DNA of 60,781 bases from an uncultured Haloferula sp. (GCA_965652295.1 CBFGTS010000021.1:1-60781), one strand, 5' to 3'. Shown: positions 46,085 to 56,937, numbered from the stretch's first letter. Notes: generated by a model not told the origin, from the sequence alone. Made by a program: numbers and translations.

Positions 46085-46734
46085 AGGCGCTTTCCTTGGC
46101 GGACTTTCCTCCACACCCAGCGGGCGATCACCACGCCGCCCCAGAGGAGTGCGGGGATGACCAGATTGAGAGCGAGAACCCAGCCCGGTTCTTCGTTCCC
46201 CCGCGAGCCGATCCAGGCGAAACCGAAGGCCACCGGCAGGCTGCCACAACTCGTGGCCAGCAGGAATTTCCCCACCGGCATCTTCGCCAAACCAGCCGTG
46301 CAGGCCACCGCCTCCGGGAGCAGCGGGAAGCCGCGGGAAAGACAGACCAGCCAGCCGCCTCCTTTCTCGAACCAGCGGTGCGCCCGCCGCAGGTCGCGCT
46401 CTCCGATCAGAATCCGGACACGGCTTCTGCCCATCCATCGCCCCACCCCATAGCCAGCGAGACCGGAAAGAACCGAACCCACCGTCCCGACCACGCCGCC
46501 GAGACCCACCCCATACACCCAGCCGAGCGCCGACATCACCACGGTCCCCGGAACCGGCAGCAGGAGGTCGGAAATCAGGAGTCCGCAGGCGGAAACAGCC
46601 CCGGTCACCGGCCGCGCCGCCAGCCAAGCCGCTAAGCCTTCCGCATTCATCTGTTGCTCGAACCGCTCGCCGAAAGCCAGCCAGCCGGCGAGAGCCAGCA
46701 GCAGCATCGCGACAAAAAACCCGAGGACACGCAT
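46081..46734 (-). CDS. DedA/VTT (TVP38) membrane protein
   Basis: SDLLLPVPGT, GYGVGR, SRGFPLLPE, AGLAKM. Confidence 0.85.
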   Translation of the reverse strand: MRVLGFFVAMLLLALAGWLAFGERFEQQMNAEGLAAWLAARPVTGAVSACGLLISDLLLPVPGTVVMSALGWVYGVGLGGVVGTVGSVLSGLAGYGVGRWMGRSRVRILIGERDLRRAHRWFEKGGGWLVCLSRGFPLLPEAVACTAGLAKMPVGKFLLATSCGSLPVAFGFAWIGSRGNEEPGWVLALNLVIPALLWGGVVIARWVWRKVRQGKRL

Positions 46735-46854
46735 CGGGCCGAAGAATCCATCCTACGCGGGCGACCGCAAGCTTTGGGGGTTTCCGGATTGCGGAGACAC
46801 GTCACCCCTTTGCTTTCCAAGCGTTCCATGAGTTCCACGAACAGCCTCTTCCTC

Positions 46855-48591
46855 TCACACCTCCGTCTCCTCCTCGACGATTTCCTTCACCTCCTCGTCT
46901 TCAAGGTCGGCCCGCTGATAAGCGCTCATGGCGGCCCGGATCATGGCAGCGGCGCTTTCCGCCTCGTCGTGGATGACGTTCACTCCGAGAGCGTCGAGCC
47001 GTGCGGCTTCGTTGGGGAACTTCGCCCGACCAAACACACAGACTCCCGGGTTCCGCTCGCGCACCAACGGCAGCGCGGCCAGCGTCAGCTCCACCGCGGG
47101 GAAGGTGAACGCGACCATCCGCGCGCGATCGATCGCCGCGAGGTCCAAGGCCTCCGGATGGGTCGCATCCGCAAACAACACCGGCTGACCCTCGCGTTTC
47201 AGCTCGCGGACGGTATCGGCATTGAGTTCGAGCACCAGGGTATCGATCCCACACCGGCGCAGGGCCTCGTTGAGCGAGCTCCCGACCGGGCCATACCCGC
47301 AGATCACCGCATGGTCCTTGATCCCACCCATCACAGCCCCAAGGGACAGCCCGGCGGGAGGACGCTGGTGGGCCTTGATCCAGCCCTTGTCCTCCAGCCA
47401 TTTACCGGCCGGTCCCGCCTTTTTCATCAGCGTCGGCACCAGACCCATCGAGATGGCGGTGCAGGCGAGCAGGAGCTGCTCCACCGCGGGAGCCATCAGG
47501 CGGAACTCACCTGCCTAGTTCAGCAGCACCAGCGAGAACTCCCCCGTGCTCGCCAAGCTCGCCCCGGCCAGCAAGGCCGGCCGCATGGGAAGCTTCAGCA
47601 GCCGCACCGCACCGACCACGATTCCGCCCTTCACCAACAGGAGCACCAAGGTGCCGAGAAGCACATACGGCCAGTTCATGAGGACCGCACCCACATCGAT
47701 CATCAGTCCCACGGAAACGAAGAAAATCGTGAGAAACAGATCCTTGAATGGCAGCACGTCGGCCATGATGCGGTGGGCGTAGATCGACTCGCTGACCACC
47801 AGACCGGCGGCGAACGCCCCGAGCGAAAGGGAGAGATCGAGCGCCTCGCCGCCCAAGGCGACCGCCGCACACAGCGCGATGACGGTCAGCGTGAACAGCT
47901 CGCGACTGCGGGTCCGGGCCACCGCGTGAAGCAGGGGGGTGACCCCGTATTTCCCCAGCAGCAGGGCCGCACCGAGAAACAGCGCTCCCTTTCCCAGCGC
48001 CGAAAGCACGCCCACCAGCGGACTACTACCCACACCGTAGATCGCCGGCAGGATCAGGATGAAGAGGATGACCAGGATGTCCTGGAAAAGCGCGATGCCC
48101 AGAGCCGCCCGCGCGCCGGGGTTGTGGGGCTGGCCGAGATCCTGGAAGGATTTCATCGCCACCGCGGTGGAACTCAGCGCCACCGCCACGCCGATCACCG
48201 CGCACTCCGCGCCACCAAGACCTCCGAGCCAGGCGGCGAACGCGGCGATGCCGCCACTGAGGGCGACCTGGATTCCCCCGCCGAAGAGTGCCGTCCGCCA
48301 GAGGTGCCGCAGCTCGCCGAGCGAGAACTCGATCCCCAGCGTGAACATCAGCAGGATCACGCCGAGCTCGCCGAGGTTGCCGATGACCGGGTCGTTCTTG
48401 TCCGCGCCCACGATCCACAACAAGCCGCTGTTCGCGATGAGGATGCCCACCGCGAAATAGCCGACCAAAAGGCTCTGGCGGAATTTCACCAGCAACAGCG
48501 AGACCAGCACCGCGAGAACCAGCACCATCGCCAGCAGACCGAAAAACGGGGTGATCGTGGAACCTCCGGCAGCCAGCAGATCGAGTAACAT
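46855..48591 (-). pseudogene. CPA2 cation:proton antiporter with a TrkA-N (KTN) domain, interrupted by an in-frame TAG at 47517-47515
   Basis: GELGVILLMFTLGIE, ALSSTAV, LFQDI, LGAFAAGL, GEFSLV; then TAG; same frame continues to ICGYGPVG. Confidence 0.8.
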
Positions 48592-48850
48592 CGCAGCCAT
48601 CCTAGGCGGGTGTCGTGCCATGCAAACCGGTTTTTTCCATGGCCTGATGCAGGGCGATCCAGCCAGGGATCGGGCGTGCCGGGAAATGGATGAAGTGAAC
48701 CGCGGATGAACGCCGAGGGGCGCAGCTTTTCAGAAGGCCAACGCCGACCTCCGAGAGAAAAGGATGACCTCAAGGGGCGCTGCCTTGGCCGTCGCGCCGT
48801 AACACCGCTCCCTTCTTCACCGGCCGCACTCCCGGGTCACCGCCAAGCAG

Positions 48851-51427
48851 TCACCGGGCCGCGCCCAGCAAGCCCTTGGCCCAGCCTTCGACGTTCTTCG
48901 AGTGCTGGATCATGCGGGCGATCGAGGCGGCGATGGTGGACTCGCCCGAGGCACCCACTTCTTTCTGAATCGCCTGAAGGCGCTTGGCGTAGGCGGCTTG
49001 GATGGTGCGCAGCTCCTTGACGTGGGCGGCGTCGATCGACGCCTCCTTGGCCTTGTAGAAAGCGAGTGACTTCCGCATGTCCGGCGCAAGCACCAGCTCG
49101 CCGCCGCGGCCCAGCTTGTCGGCGGCCGGAAGGCGGGGCTTCGACAGGCCTTCGAGCGCTTCCGTCATCGCCGTGACATGGGCCTCCCAGCGGACCCGCT
49201 CCGTCGCGTTCAGCCCACGGAGCCAGACGTTGAGGTCCCAGACCAGTTTCGAGACGTTCGCCTTCAGCTCCTCATCGCGCTTCTCAACGGCCTTGGCGAC
49301 GAGGTCCACCGCCTTGCTGCGGAGATCCGCCACGTCGCTGTGCTCCAGCGCTGCCTCGCCGAGGTCGGAAACGGCCGCCCCACCGGCATCGCTGCTCCAC
49401 TCGATGATGAAGCCGTCGGCATACTTGTTTGGATCGGCGTCCACCCAACCATCGCCCGGCACGAAGATCATCGCCGTGCCGCCCACCTCGGGCAGCGCCC
49501 GCTCGCTCCACGCCGTGGCCTCCCATGGATCGCCGGACAGCCAGGTCCAATCGAGCCCGTCCTTCTCGCCACCGAGCCACAGGCCATCGGGCGCTTCGAT
49601 TTTATCGAATGTTTCCTCGATCCAGATCTGCTCCTCGCGGGTGGCCGGCGCGGCCAGCACGCCGCCGGACTGGCGGACGATCTCGACCGCTTCGGCCCGC
49701 TGCACCGGCCGGGTGATGGCGCAAAAGCGGCGCGCGCCCTGGAAGCGGGTGCCCGGCGGGAAAACCGGCGTCTGCTCGCCGAGGGTCTCGCTCGCCCGGC
49801 GCAGCATGGCCTCGAGCGAGCCGGGATTCTTGCCGTCCATATGCCACTGGACCACGAACGGCAGCTCGGAGTTCTGCGAGCGCGCCCGGACAATTCCGAG
49901 GCTGTCGAGGGTCGCGAAATCACCCACACCCACCGGTGATTGCTCGACCGGCCATGCGGAGCCATCCACCTGCACCCAGCCATCCGCATTCAGCCGGCCG
50001 GCTCCGAGCCAAACCGAGCTGTTTTCTGGAAGAAGCTTGGTCAGCCAGGCGAGGTCGGCGGAGGTGCCGGCCACGGCGAGGTGACCGCCGTGCTGCTCGG
50101 CGTAGTCGGCGGCGGCCTGCCAGGTCATCGGGCGGTTGATGACGATGAAACTCGACTCACCACGGGTTTCGGAGCCGGTGGGCATCTGCGTGCGCAGGCC
50201 GGACAACAAGGCCTTCTGCAAACGGGCAAGGGAACGTTCCGGCGTCTCGTCGCGGGGCACCGATTCCGGAGCTTCCTGGTCCTTGGCGGCGGTTGCCTTC
50301 TTCTGCTCCTCGAGGAGCTTCCGCTGCGCTTCGAGAGCTTCCTGGTTGCGGCGCTGGATCTCCTGATTCTCGGTGCGGATCTCGTCCTTCTCCTTCCTCA
50401 GTGATTTCCAGGTGATGGCGATTCCGCCGATCAGCAGGGCGATGATGAACAGGTTCCGCGCAAAGCTCCCGCCGCCGCCATGGGCAACCGGGGTGGGTTT
50501 CCGCCGGGCCGGAACCACGGCGGGCCGCGGGTTCCCCGACATGGCCGGCGGCCGCGGCGGAGCCAGGACACTGGTGGTGCGGGCGGGCATCCTCCCGGTC
50601 GTCGGTGCCGCCGGCGTCACCAGACGCGCGGCCGGCCGGGCCGTCCACGCGCCGAGATCCGCCGCCATGTCGTAGGCCGAGGCATAGCGTTGGGCCGGAT
50701 CCGAAGCGGTGGCCCTCCTCCAGATCTTGTCGAGCTGCGGGTCATTGCTGGGCTGGAAGGACTCCTTGTATTCGGGATCGGGGCGCTGACCGGTGATCAG
50801 CTCATGAAGGATCACGCCGATGGCGTAGATGTCCGCCCGCTGGTCCGCGGTGCGGTGATCGAGAAGCACCTCGGGCGCGGTGTAGCCGGGCGTGCCCATG
50901 ATCAGGCCGTCCTCTTCGCCCTCGACCGACTGGGCGAGGCCGAAGTCACCGATCTTGGGCTCGGCCTTGGGGGTGAGCAGGATGTTGGCCGGTTTGATGT
51001 CGCGGTGGAGGATCCCGTTCTCGTGGGCGTGACCAAGGCCTTCGCAGATCGCCTTGACGAGGGACACGGCCTGCTCGCGCGCGATCACTTTCCCCCAGGC
51101 CGAATGATAGAGCGAGCTGCCATCGACATACTCCATGACGATGTAGGGCATGCCATCGACAGCGCCGAAGTCATACACTCCGATCAGGTTCGGATGATTC
51201 AGTTTCGCCATCGCCTTCGCCTCGGTTTCGAACGAGGCGCGGAACTCGGGATTCTCGCCGAACTCGCGCGGCAGGATCTTGATGGCCACATCGCGGTCGA
51301 GAGAGCGCTGCTTTGCCTTGTAAACCGCTCCCATCCCGCCCTGCGCGATGAATGACTGGAAGTCGAATGCGGGAAGAAGCTCCGAGAGCTGCTCGGGCTG
51401 GGGGGCGATGAAAGTTTCCTCACTCAT
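48851..51427 (-). CDS. Membrane Ser/Thr kinase with two C-type-lectin-like domains
   Basis: GGMGAVY, HRDIKPAN, DFG, GTPGYTAPE; TM; TWQAAADYAEQHGGHLA..WLG and GGVLA..WLGG..WTWLSGDPW. Confidence 0.88.
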   Translation of the reverse strand: MSEETFIAPQPEQLSELLPAFDFQSFIAQGGMGAVYKAKQRSLDRDVAIKILPREFGENPEFRASFETEAKAMAKLNHPNLIGVYDFGAVDGMPYIVMEYVDGSSLYHSAWGKVIAREQAVSLVKAICEGLGHAHENGILHRDIKPANILLTPKAEPKIGDFGLAQSVEGEEDGLIMGTPGYTAPEVLLDHRTADQRADIYAIGVILHELITGQRPDPEYKESFQPSNDPQLDKIWRRATASDPAQRYASAYDMAADLGAWTARPAARLVTPAAPTTGRMPARTTSVLAPPRPPAMSGNPRPAVVPARRKPTPVAHGGGGSFARNLFIIALLIGGIAITWKSLRKEKDEIRTENQEIQRRNQEALEAQRKLLEEQKKATAAKDQEAPESVPRDETPERSLARLQKALLSGLRTQMPTGSETRGESSFIVINRPMTWQAAADYAEQHGGHLAVAGTSADLAWLTKLLPENSSVWLGAGRLNADGWVQVDGSAWPVEQSPVGVGDFATLDSLGIVRARSQNSELPFVVQWHMDGKNPGSLEAMLRRASETLGEQTPVFPPGTRFQGARRFCAITRPVQRAEAVEIVRQSGGVLAAPATREEQIWIEETFDKIEAPDGLWLGGEKDGLDWTWLSGDPWEATAWSERALPEVGGTAMIFVPGDGWVDADPNKYADGFIIEWSSDAGGAAVSDLGEAALEHSDVADLRSKAVDLVAKAVEKRDEELKANVSKLVWDLNVWLRGLNATERVRWEAHVTAMTEALEGLSKPRLPAADKLGRGGELVLAPDMRKSLAFYKAKEASIDAAHVKELRTIQAAYAKRLQAIQKEVGASGESTIAASIARMIQHSKNVEGWAKGLLGAAR

Positions 51428-51448
51428 GGGTGGTGCAGCAATGACGAA

Positions 51449-52852
51449 TCAGAAAAGGGGAGTTTGGTAAATAATCCACTCCGGTATTTTGACCGCAGCA
51501 TTGTAGAGCGCATGAAGCACAATGGCGGTAAGAAGCGTTCTCGATGCCGCGAAGGTCATGGCGGACATGAAGCCGACCAGCCCGATGAGCACGAGGCTGG
51601 TCAGCGGAACGAAGTGAACGAGCGCGAAGATCACCGAGGAAACCAGGGCGGCGAAAGCGAGCGGAAGGCGGTTGGCGAGGGAACGGAAGAGCACGCCACG
51701 GTAGAGGATTTCCTCGGCGATCGGAGCGGCCATGCAGGCGGACACCACTCCGAGCACCAGCCCCCAGACGCCCATCTCATTCGGCGAGAGCCCGCCGGTG
51801 GGATCGGCATAGGTGAAGCGGTCGAATGCCACCCGCAGGCCGAAGTCGATGACCTGCAGGATGGCGAAGGCACCCAGCACCATTTTGCCATCAAAGGGCC
51901 CGGTGAGCCCGAGCCGGGAAATGGCGTGACGGCCGTTCCGGAACAACAGCCCGATGGCGAGCAGGGCGGGCAGGAAACGCGTGAGGCTATCGAGCGCGAT
52001 GTAAACCGGCATCGAAAGCAGAGCTCCACCTTCCGACTTCGAGGCGAGGTGCAGCAGCAGCTGGTTGAAGGTGATCGTGAACCCGAGGTAGGCGAGGTAG
52101 GCGAGGAAGAAGACGCCGATGCCGTAGGACGCTTTCCAGCGCTCGGTGTAGCTGACGCGCGGGCCATAGGAGCGGGCGCGCAGAAAGGCCAGCAAGGTGC
52201 CGGGAACGAACACCAGCCCGCCCAGAGTGAGCGCGATCACCGCGCCCCGCGCCTTGAGGGTGTTCGAGATGAGGCGGCCGGTCCGGGCATCGACAAGCCG
52301 CGCGAAGTCCTCGGCATCGTCCCGTTTCAGGGCCCGGAAATACACGAGATCCCACCATGCTTCGCGGCCCTCGATGATCCGGCCGCTGATCTCCTTTTCA
52401 TCCGGTGGCACCGCGATCCCGAAGCTGCGGAACGGCCCCGCCGCCGGGCTGGCGCCCTCGGACAAGGCGGTCAGCACGGCCAGCGCATAGGCCCCTTCCC
52501 GCTGAAGCGCATCGAGTTCGGGCGAAGTGGAATGCCGGTGTGTCAGGGTGACGAGTCCCTTCAGATTGCTGATGGCGTGATCGATCGCGGTGTCGAGCGC
52601 CTCAATCCCGAACAGCGCGCGCATCCAGGAAGGCATCTCGCGGAGGCCGTCCGCCAGGCGCAGGTCGCGGTCGGTCTTGCGCAGGGCGAGATGCCACGTC
52701 TCGATCTCCTCGCTCTCCGGGATCGCCCGGGTCTCACGGCCCAGATGATTGTTCCACAACCAGATTCCCAACAGGAAAACGAGGATGAAGAGGAACGGCT
52801 CGGGAAAGCGCCGGCGACGGAGTTGACGGTAGGGGTTGATGACGGCTGGCAG
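51449..52852 (-). CDS. CPBP (Abi/CAAX) intramembrane metalloprotease with a large N-terminal domain
   Basis: APIAEEILYRG, FALVH, LHALYN; start placed at CTG 52852 (first canonical start is TTG 52771). Confidence 0.85.
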   Translation of the reverse strand: MPAVINPYRQLRRRRFPEPFLFILVFLLGIWLWNNHLGRETRAIPESEEIETWHLALRKTDRDLRLADGLREMPSWMRALFGIEALDTAIDHAISNLKGLVTLTHRHSTSPELDALQREGAYALAVLTALSEGASPAAGPFRSFGIAVPPDEKEISGRIIEGREAWWDLVYFRALKRDDAEDFARLVDARTGRLISNTLKARGAVIALTLGGLVFVPGTLLAFLRARSYGPRVSYTERWKASYGIGVFFLAYLAYLGFTITFNQLLLHLASKSEGGALLSMPVYIALDSLTRFLPALLAIGLLFRNGRHAISRLGLTGPFDGKMVLGAFAILQVIDFGLRVAFDRFTYADPTGGLSPNEMGVWGLVLGVVSACMAAPIAEEILYRGVLFRSLANRLPLAFAALVSSVIFALVHFVPLTSLVLIGLVGFMSAMTFAASRTLLTAIVLHALYNAAVKIPEWIIYQTPLF

Positions 52853-52988
52853 GGGTGGGAACTTGCGGGAAACATCATCAGAATGTCGCTGCCCGGCAAG
52901 CTCTCAGCCGCATCTCTCCTTCCATACGCGAGACCTCGCGGTTTGTTTCCGCTGGATTGCCCGGCCACCCTTCCGCAGATTGCGCCCG

Positions 52989-53903
52989 ATGCCTTCCGAA
53001 CTGGGACTATGGCTTGAGCTGGGAGCTCTGGGAACCGCCTTCGTGGTGGTGGTGATCGCGCTGGTGATGAAGCGCGTCCAGAGACCGCTGGAACCCAGCT
53101 CCGACTTCGCAGGCACCTCGCCTCCGCCGCTTCCGGCATCGGCCGCCGCGCCGTTCGACCGGGTGCCCACCGGCTGGGTGCGGGGCTTCGACTTTCTGGT
53201 CGTCGCCCTGGTCGTCTGCCTCTACCTCTGGCCGGCGGCCCTGACCCTGCTCGGCAAAACGGCGGACGAGCCGATCAAACTCGAGCTGGCCAGCATCCTC
53301 GGAACCATGGTGATGCAGGTGTTTTTCTCCGCAATGATCATCGGTCTGGTCGTCTGGCGCATCCGGCTGAATGCCTGGCTCGGCTTGACCTGGCCCGGCC
53401 GCTCGGGCGCGCAGTGGGGCATTTGGCTGATTTCGGTTCCGGCCTGCATCGGCGCCACCTGGATGCTGCTGGGGTTGCTCTACGTCACCGGTTTCATTTC
53501 CTGGCTGCAAGAAGTTGAAGGGGGCGATGGCCAGCAGGAGGTGGTGAGGGCATTCCAGGAAATCAACGATCCGCTCACACTGGCGATGCTCGTCCTGATG
53601 GCGGCGGTGGTCGCCCCGGTCACCGAAGAGCTGATTTTCCGCGGCTACATCTACCCGGTGGCGAAGAGCCGCATCGGCCGGACGGCGGCGGTGATCGTAA
53701 CCTCGCTGGTTTTTGCCGCCGTCCACCACAACTCGCTGGCAATGCTCCCGCTCACGTTTCTCGCCGTGCTGCTGGCCCTGAGCTACGAGTTCCGCGGCTC
53801 GATCTGGATGCCGATGTCGATTCACGCGGCCTTCAACAGCCTGACAGTCCTCGGTCAGCTGATGGTGAAATTCGGCTACGTCCAGCAACCTCCCGGCTCA
53901 TGA
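52989..53903 (+). CDS. CPBP (Abi/CAAX) intramembrane metalloprotease
   Basis: APVTEELIFRG, FAAVH, IHAAFN. Confidence 0.9.
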   Translation: MPSELGLWLELGALGTAFVVVVIALVMKRVQRPLEPSSDFAGTSPPPLPASAAAPFDRVPTGWVRGFDFLVVALVVCLYLWPAALTLLGKTADEPIKLELASILGTMVMQVFFSAMIIGLVVWRIRLNAWLGLTWPGRSGAQWGIWLISVPACIGATWMLLGLLYVTGFISWLQEVEGGDGQQEVVRAFQEINDPLTLAMLVLMAAVVAPVTEELIFRGYIYPVAKSRIGRTAAVIVTSLVFAAVHHNSLAMLPLTFLAVLLALSYEFRGSIWMPMSIHAAFNSLTVLGQLMVKFGYVQQPPGS

Positions 53904-54775
53904 AAACCCTCCGCGACATCGGCGAGGACGCCCTGATCGCCACGCTGCTGGGGCAGCTGCCCGAGACCACCCTGAGGGTAGGCCCCGGCGACGACTGCGC
54001 GGTGGTCGATGAGGGAAATGGGCCGCTGCGACTGCTGAAGACCGACGCCATCGTGGAGGGCGTCCATTTCCTCCGGGAAGCCCCCGCGGTCAAAGTCGGC
54101 TGGAAGGCGATCGCCCGCGTGATCAGCGATTTCGCCGCCATGGGCGGGAGGCCGAAACACCTCCTCGTGACCATTGCCCTGCCGCCGGACAGAGAGGTTT
54201 CCTGGGTCCGGGGGCTTTATCGCGGCATCGGTCGATGCCTGGAAGCGCACGCCGCGCAGCTCGCCGGAGGGGAAACGACATCCATGCCTGCCGGGGCACC
54301 GGTCGTGATCTCCGTGTCAGGCGAGGGCGAAGTAGACCGACGGCGCTGCGTGCTGCGCAGCGGAGGAAAGCCGGGCGACGTTCTGGCGGTGACCGGCCAG
54401 CTCGGTGGCTCGATCCGCGGCAAGCACCTCGATTTCCAACCACGGATCGCCGAAGGCGAGAGGCTCGGGCGGGGCGGGGCGAGTGCGATGATGGATCTCT
54501 CCGACGGGCTCGCCATGGACCTGCCGCGCCTTGCCCACGCCAGCGGATGCGGGTTTGAGATCTCGCGCGAAGCCATTCCCCGGAGCCGCGGAGCCGGGAT
54601 CGCAGCCGCCTTGTCGGATGGCGAGGACTACGAACTGCTGGTCGCCGTGCCGCCCGCGAAGTGGAACCGGCTGGTGCTCGATTGGCCCGCGGATCTCGCC
54701 CCGCTACGCGCCATCGGCCGCCTGACCGAGAATGGCGGTGATCTGGAAGGCGGCTGGGAACATTTCCGATCCTGA
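53900..54775 (+). CDS. thiL: Thiamine-monophosphate kinase
   Basis: GPGDDCAV, KTDAIVEGVHF, SDFAAMGG, GGET, MDLSDGL, GEDYELL, GWEHF. Confidence 0.95.
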   Translation: MKTLRDIGEDALIATLLGQLPETTLRVGPGDDCAVVDEGNGPLRLLKTDAIVEGVHFLREAPAVKVGWKAIARVISDFAAMGGRPKHLLVTIALPPDREVSWVRGLYRGIGRCLEAHAAQLAGGETTSMPAGAPVVISVSGEGEVDRRRCVLRSGGKPGDVLAVTGQLGGSIRGKHLDFQPRIAEGERLGRGGASAMMDLSDGLAMDLPRLAHASGCGFEISREAIPRSRGAGIAAALSDGEDYELLVAVPPAKWNRLVLDWPADLAPLRAIGRLTENGGDLEGGWEHFRS

Positions 54776-54777
54776 AC

Positions 54778-55242
54778 ATGCTGCACCTCGTCCTCCTCGC
54801 CCCGGAAATCCCGCACAACGCCGGTGCCGCCGGCCGCCTCGCACTAGCCGCCGGCGCGCGCCTTCATCTGGTGAAACCGCTGGGGTTTTCCCTGGAAGAC
54901 AAGCATGTCCGCCGGACCGGGCTCGACTACTGGAAGGACGTCGATCTGAGGATTTGGGAGAATTTCGCCGGGTTGCAAAGCCAGGCGGATCCCGCGGCAC
55001 GATTCTGGTTCCTCAGCACCAAGGCCACCCGCTCCCATTGGGACGCCGGATTCGCCGACGGCGACTATCTTGTCTTCGGCTGCGAATCCCGCGGCCTGCC
55101 CGAAACGATGGTCCGCGAAGCCGGCATGCAGGGGCTCCGCATCCCGATGGCCGCCGGTTCAACTCGCAGCCTGAACCTCTCGACCGCGATCGCGATCACC
55201 CTCTACGAAGCGGTCCGCCAGACCGGGAATCTTCAAACGTAG
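54778..55242 (+). CDS. trmL: tRNA (cytidine/uridine-34-2'-O)-methyltransferase
   Basis: PEIPHNAG, LHLVKPLGF, GLDYW, FGCESRGLP, RSLNLS. Confidence 0.93.
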   Translation: MLHLVLLAPEIPHNAGAAGRLALAAGARLHLVKPLGFSLEDKHVRRTGLDYWKDVDLRIWENFAGLQSQADPAARFWFLSTKATRSHWDAGFADGDYLVFGCESRGLPETMVREAGMQGLRIPMAAGSTRSLNLSTAIAITLYEAVRQTGNLQT

Positions 55243-55360
55243 AGGACGAGCCGGCGCTGTGGCTTTCGAGTGCGCGGATTCATCCGCGCTTTGGAGAGGG
55301 AGTTCATTCCCGCCGGGCGGCGCGGGCTGCCGGGGAAAATCGGCGATGAATCGCCGCAGT

Positions 55361-56821
55361 CTAGCGACCCGGCTCGGGCGCGGGGTAGATCACCTCGCCA
55401 CGGCTGCTGTCCCCCGTGCCGAAGTCGTCGAAGATGTCCTTCGAGGTCACATAGATCATCACGCTGAAAAGCAGGAACACGAAACCGAGCTGGAGGACTT
55501 CGAGGAATTTCACGTTCACGGGCCGACGTGCGATGGCTTCCATCGTCGCAATCGTGATGTGCCCGCCATCGAGCACGGGAAACGGCAGCAGGTTGAGGAG
55601 CGCCAGATTGATGTTGATGAGCACCATGAAACCCAGGATGCGGTGCAGCGGGTGATCCATGAGGAGGGAGAAATACTGGATTTTCCCGATGCCCACCGGC
55701 CCGCTCAGGTGCTGGATGCCGATGCTGCTCTTCGGATCGGTCACGCTGGTGAGCGTCATCCACATCTGGCGGAGGGTCTGGACCACCTGTTGCCCGGGCG
55801 TCGGGTGAAGCCATTTTTCCTCATAGGGATACGGCGTCTCGAACATGGCCCCGATCACGTAGTCCATGGGAGCGTCGCCCGGTTTCGCATCCTTGAGGAT
55901 CGGGCGGACCGGGCGGATCGGCACCTCAACCGTCTCACCATCGCGGCGCACGGTGAAGGTGAGTTCGCGGCCTTCGCTGCCATGGATCAGCTCGATCATC
56001 TGGGCATACTCGACGATCTCCTGCCCATCGATCTCCAGGATGACGTCGCCTTTCTTCAGCCCGGCGAGCTTGGCCGGAACGTTCTCCTTATCGGGAAACC
56101 CGGTGACGATGATCTCGCCCTCCGGAGACATCGGAGCGAGCCCGACCGTTCGCGTCTGACGGCGCTTCCACCACGGGGTCGGCTCGATTTCGTAGGTGGA
56201 AACGATTTCCATCTCGCCGACGCCGGGCCGGTCGACCGTGAACACAATGCGTTCGCCCGAGCTGATCACGATCTCGGTGTGGACACTATCCAGCGGGAGA
56301 TTCCAGGACGTCACCGGATTTCCTCCGACCTTGAGGATCCGGTCTCCACGCTGGAATCCCGCCTCCGCCGCCGGGCTGTCCTTGGCGGCCCAGCCCACCG
56401 TGGTCGTCTCGATCACGTCCACCGGGGTGCCGATCACCCACAGGATCACCGCGGAAACGAATGCGAGCAGGAACGAGAAAAACGGCCCCGCAAAGGCCAC
56501 GATGATTTTGTCCAGGGGTGAAATCGAAGGCAGGGGCTTGCCGCCCTCCCGGTTGCCGCCTTCGATCGCCTCCATCGGAGCCATCTGCGGCAGCGCCACG
56601 AAGCCGCCGGCCGGGATCCAGCCGAGCCCGTATTGGACGCCGTTGATCTGCTTTTTCCAAAGCGGCTTGCCGAACCAGATCTGGAAGCGGTCGATCTTGA
56701 GCCCTCTCCATTTCGCGGCCCAGAAGTGACCGAGCTCGTGGACGAAGATGATCAGGTTGAAAAACATGATCACCACGAAGATCAGAAAGACGGTCATGAG
56801 GGGTCCGGGTGCGTCTGGCAT
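55361..56821 (-). CDS. rseP: RIP metalloprotease RseP (M50 with PDZ domains)
   Basis: HELGH, AFAGP, two PDZ domains, LSGPVGI, NLLPFPVLDGG. Confidence 0.94.
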   Translation of the reverse strand: MPDAPGPLMTVFLIFVVIMFFNLIIFVHELGHFWAAKWRGLKIDRFQIWFGKPLWKKQINGVQYGLGWIPAGGFVALPQMAPMEAIEGGNREGGKPLPSISPLDKIIVAFAGPFFSFLLAFVSAVILWVIGTPVDVIETTTVGWAAKDSPAAEAGFQRGDRILKVGGNPVTSWNLPLDSVHTEIVISSGERIVFTVDRPGVGEMEIVSTYEIEPTPWWKRRQTRTVGLAPMSPEGEIIVTGFPDKENVPAKLAGLKKGDVILEIDGQEIVEYAQMIELIHGSEGRELTFTVRRDGETVEVPIRPVRPILKDAKPGDAPMDYVIGAMFETPYPYEEKWLHPTPGQQVVQTLRQMWMTLTSVTDPKSSIGIQHLSGPVGIGKIQYFSLLMDHPLHRILGFMVLININLALLNLLPFPVLDGGHITIATMEAIARRPVNVKFLEVLQLGFVFLLFSVMIYVTSKDIFDDFGTGDSSRGEVIYPAPEPGR

Positions 56822-56937
56822 GGCGAGGTCGGGCGCAGACTACGGCCGGAGGCCCTCCCATCAAGCAGTTAAACCCTACGGGGATTCGCAACCCAACAGG
56901 ATTGACGACCCGGTGCGGATTTTCAGAAAGTCCGGCA

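Noticed and set aside
47515..47517. Pyrrolysine or TAG reassignment
   Set aside because: No pyl genes in the window, and TAG acts as a normal stop for sufS, sufE and others here.
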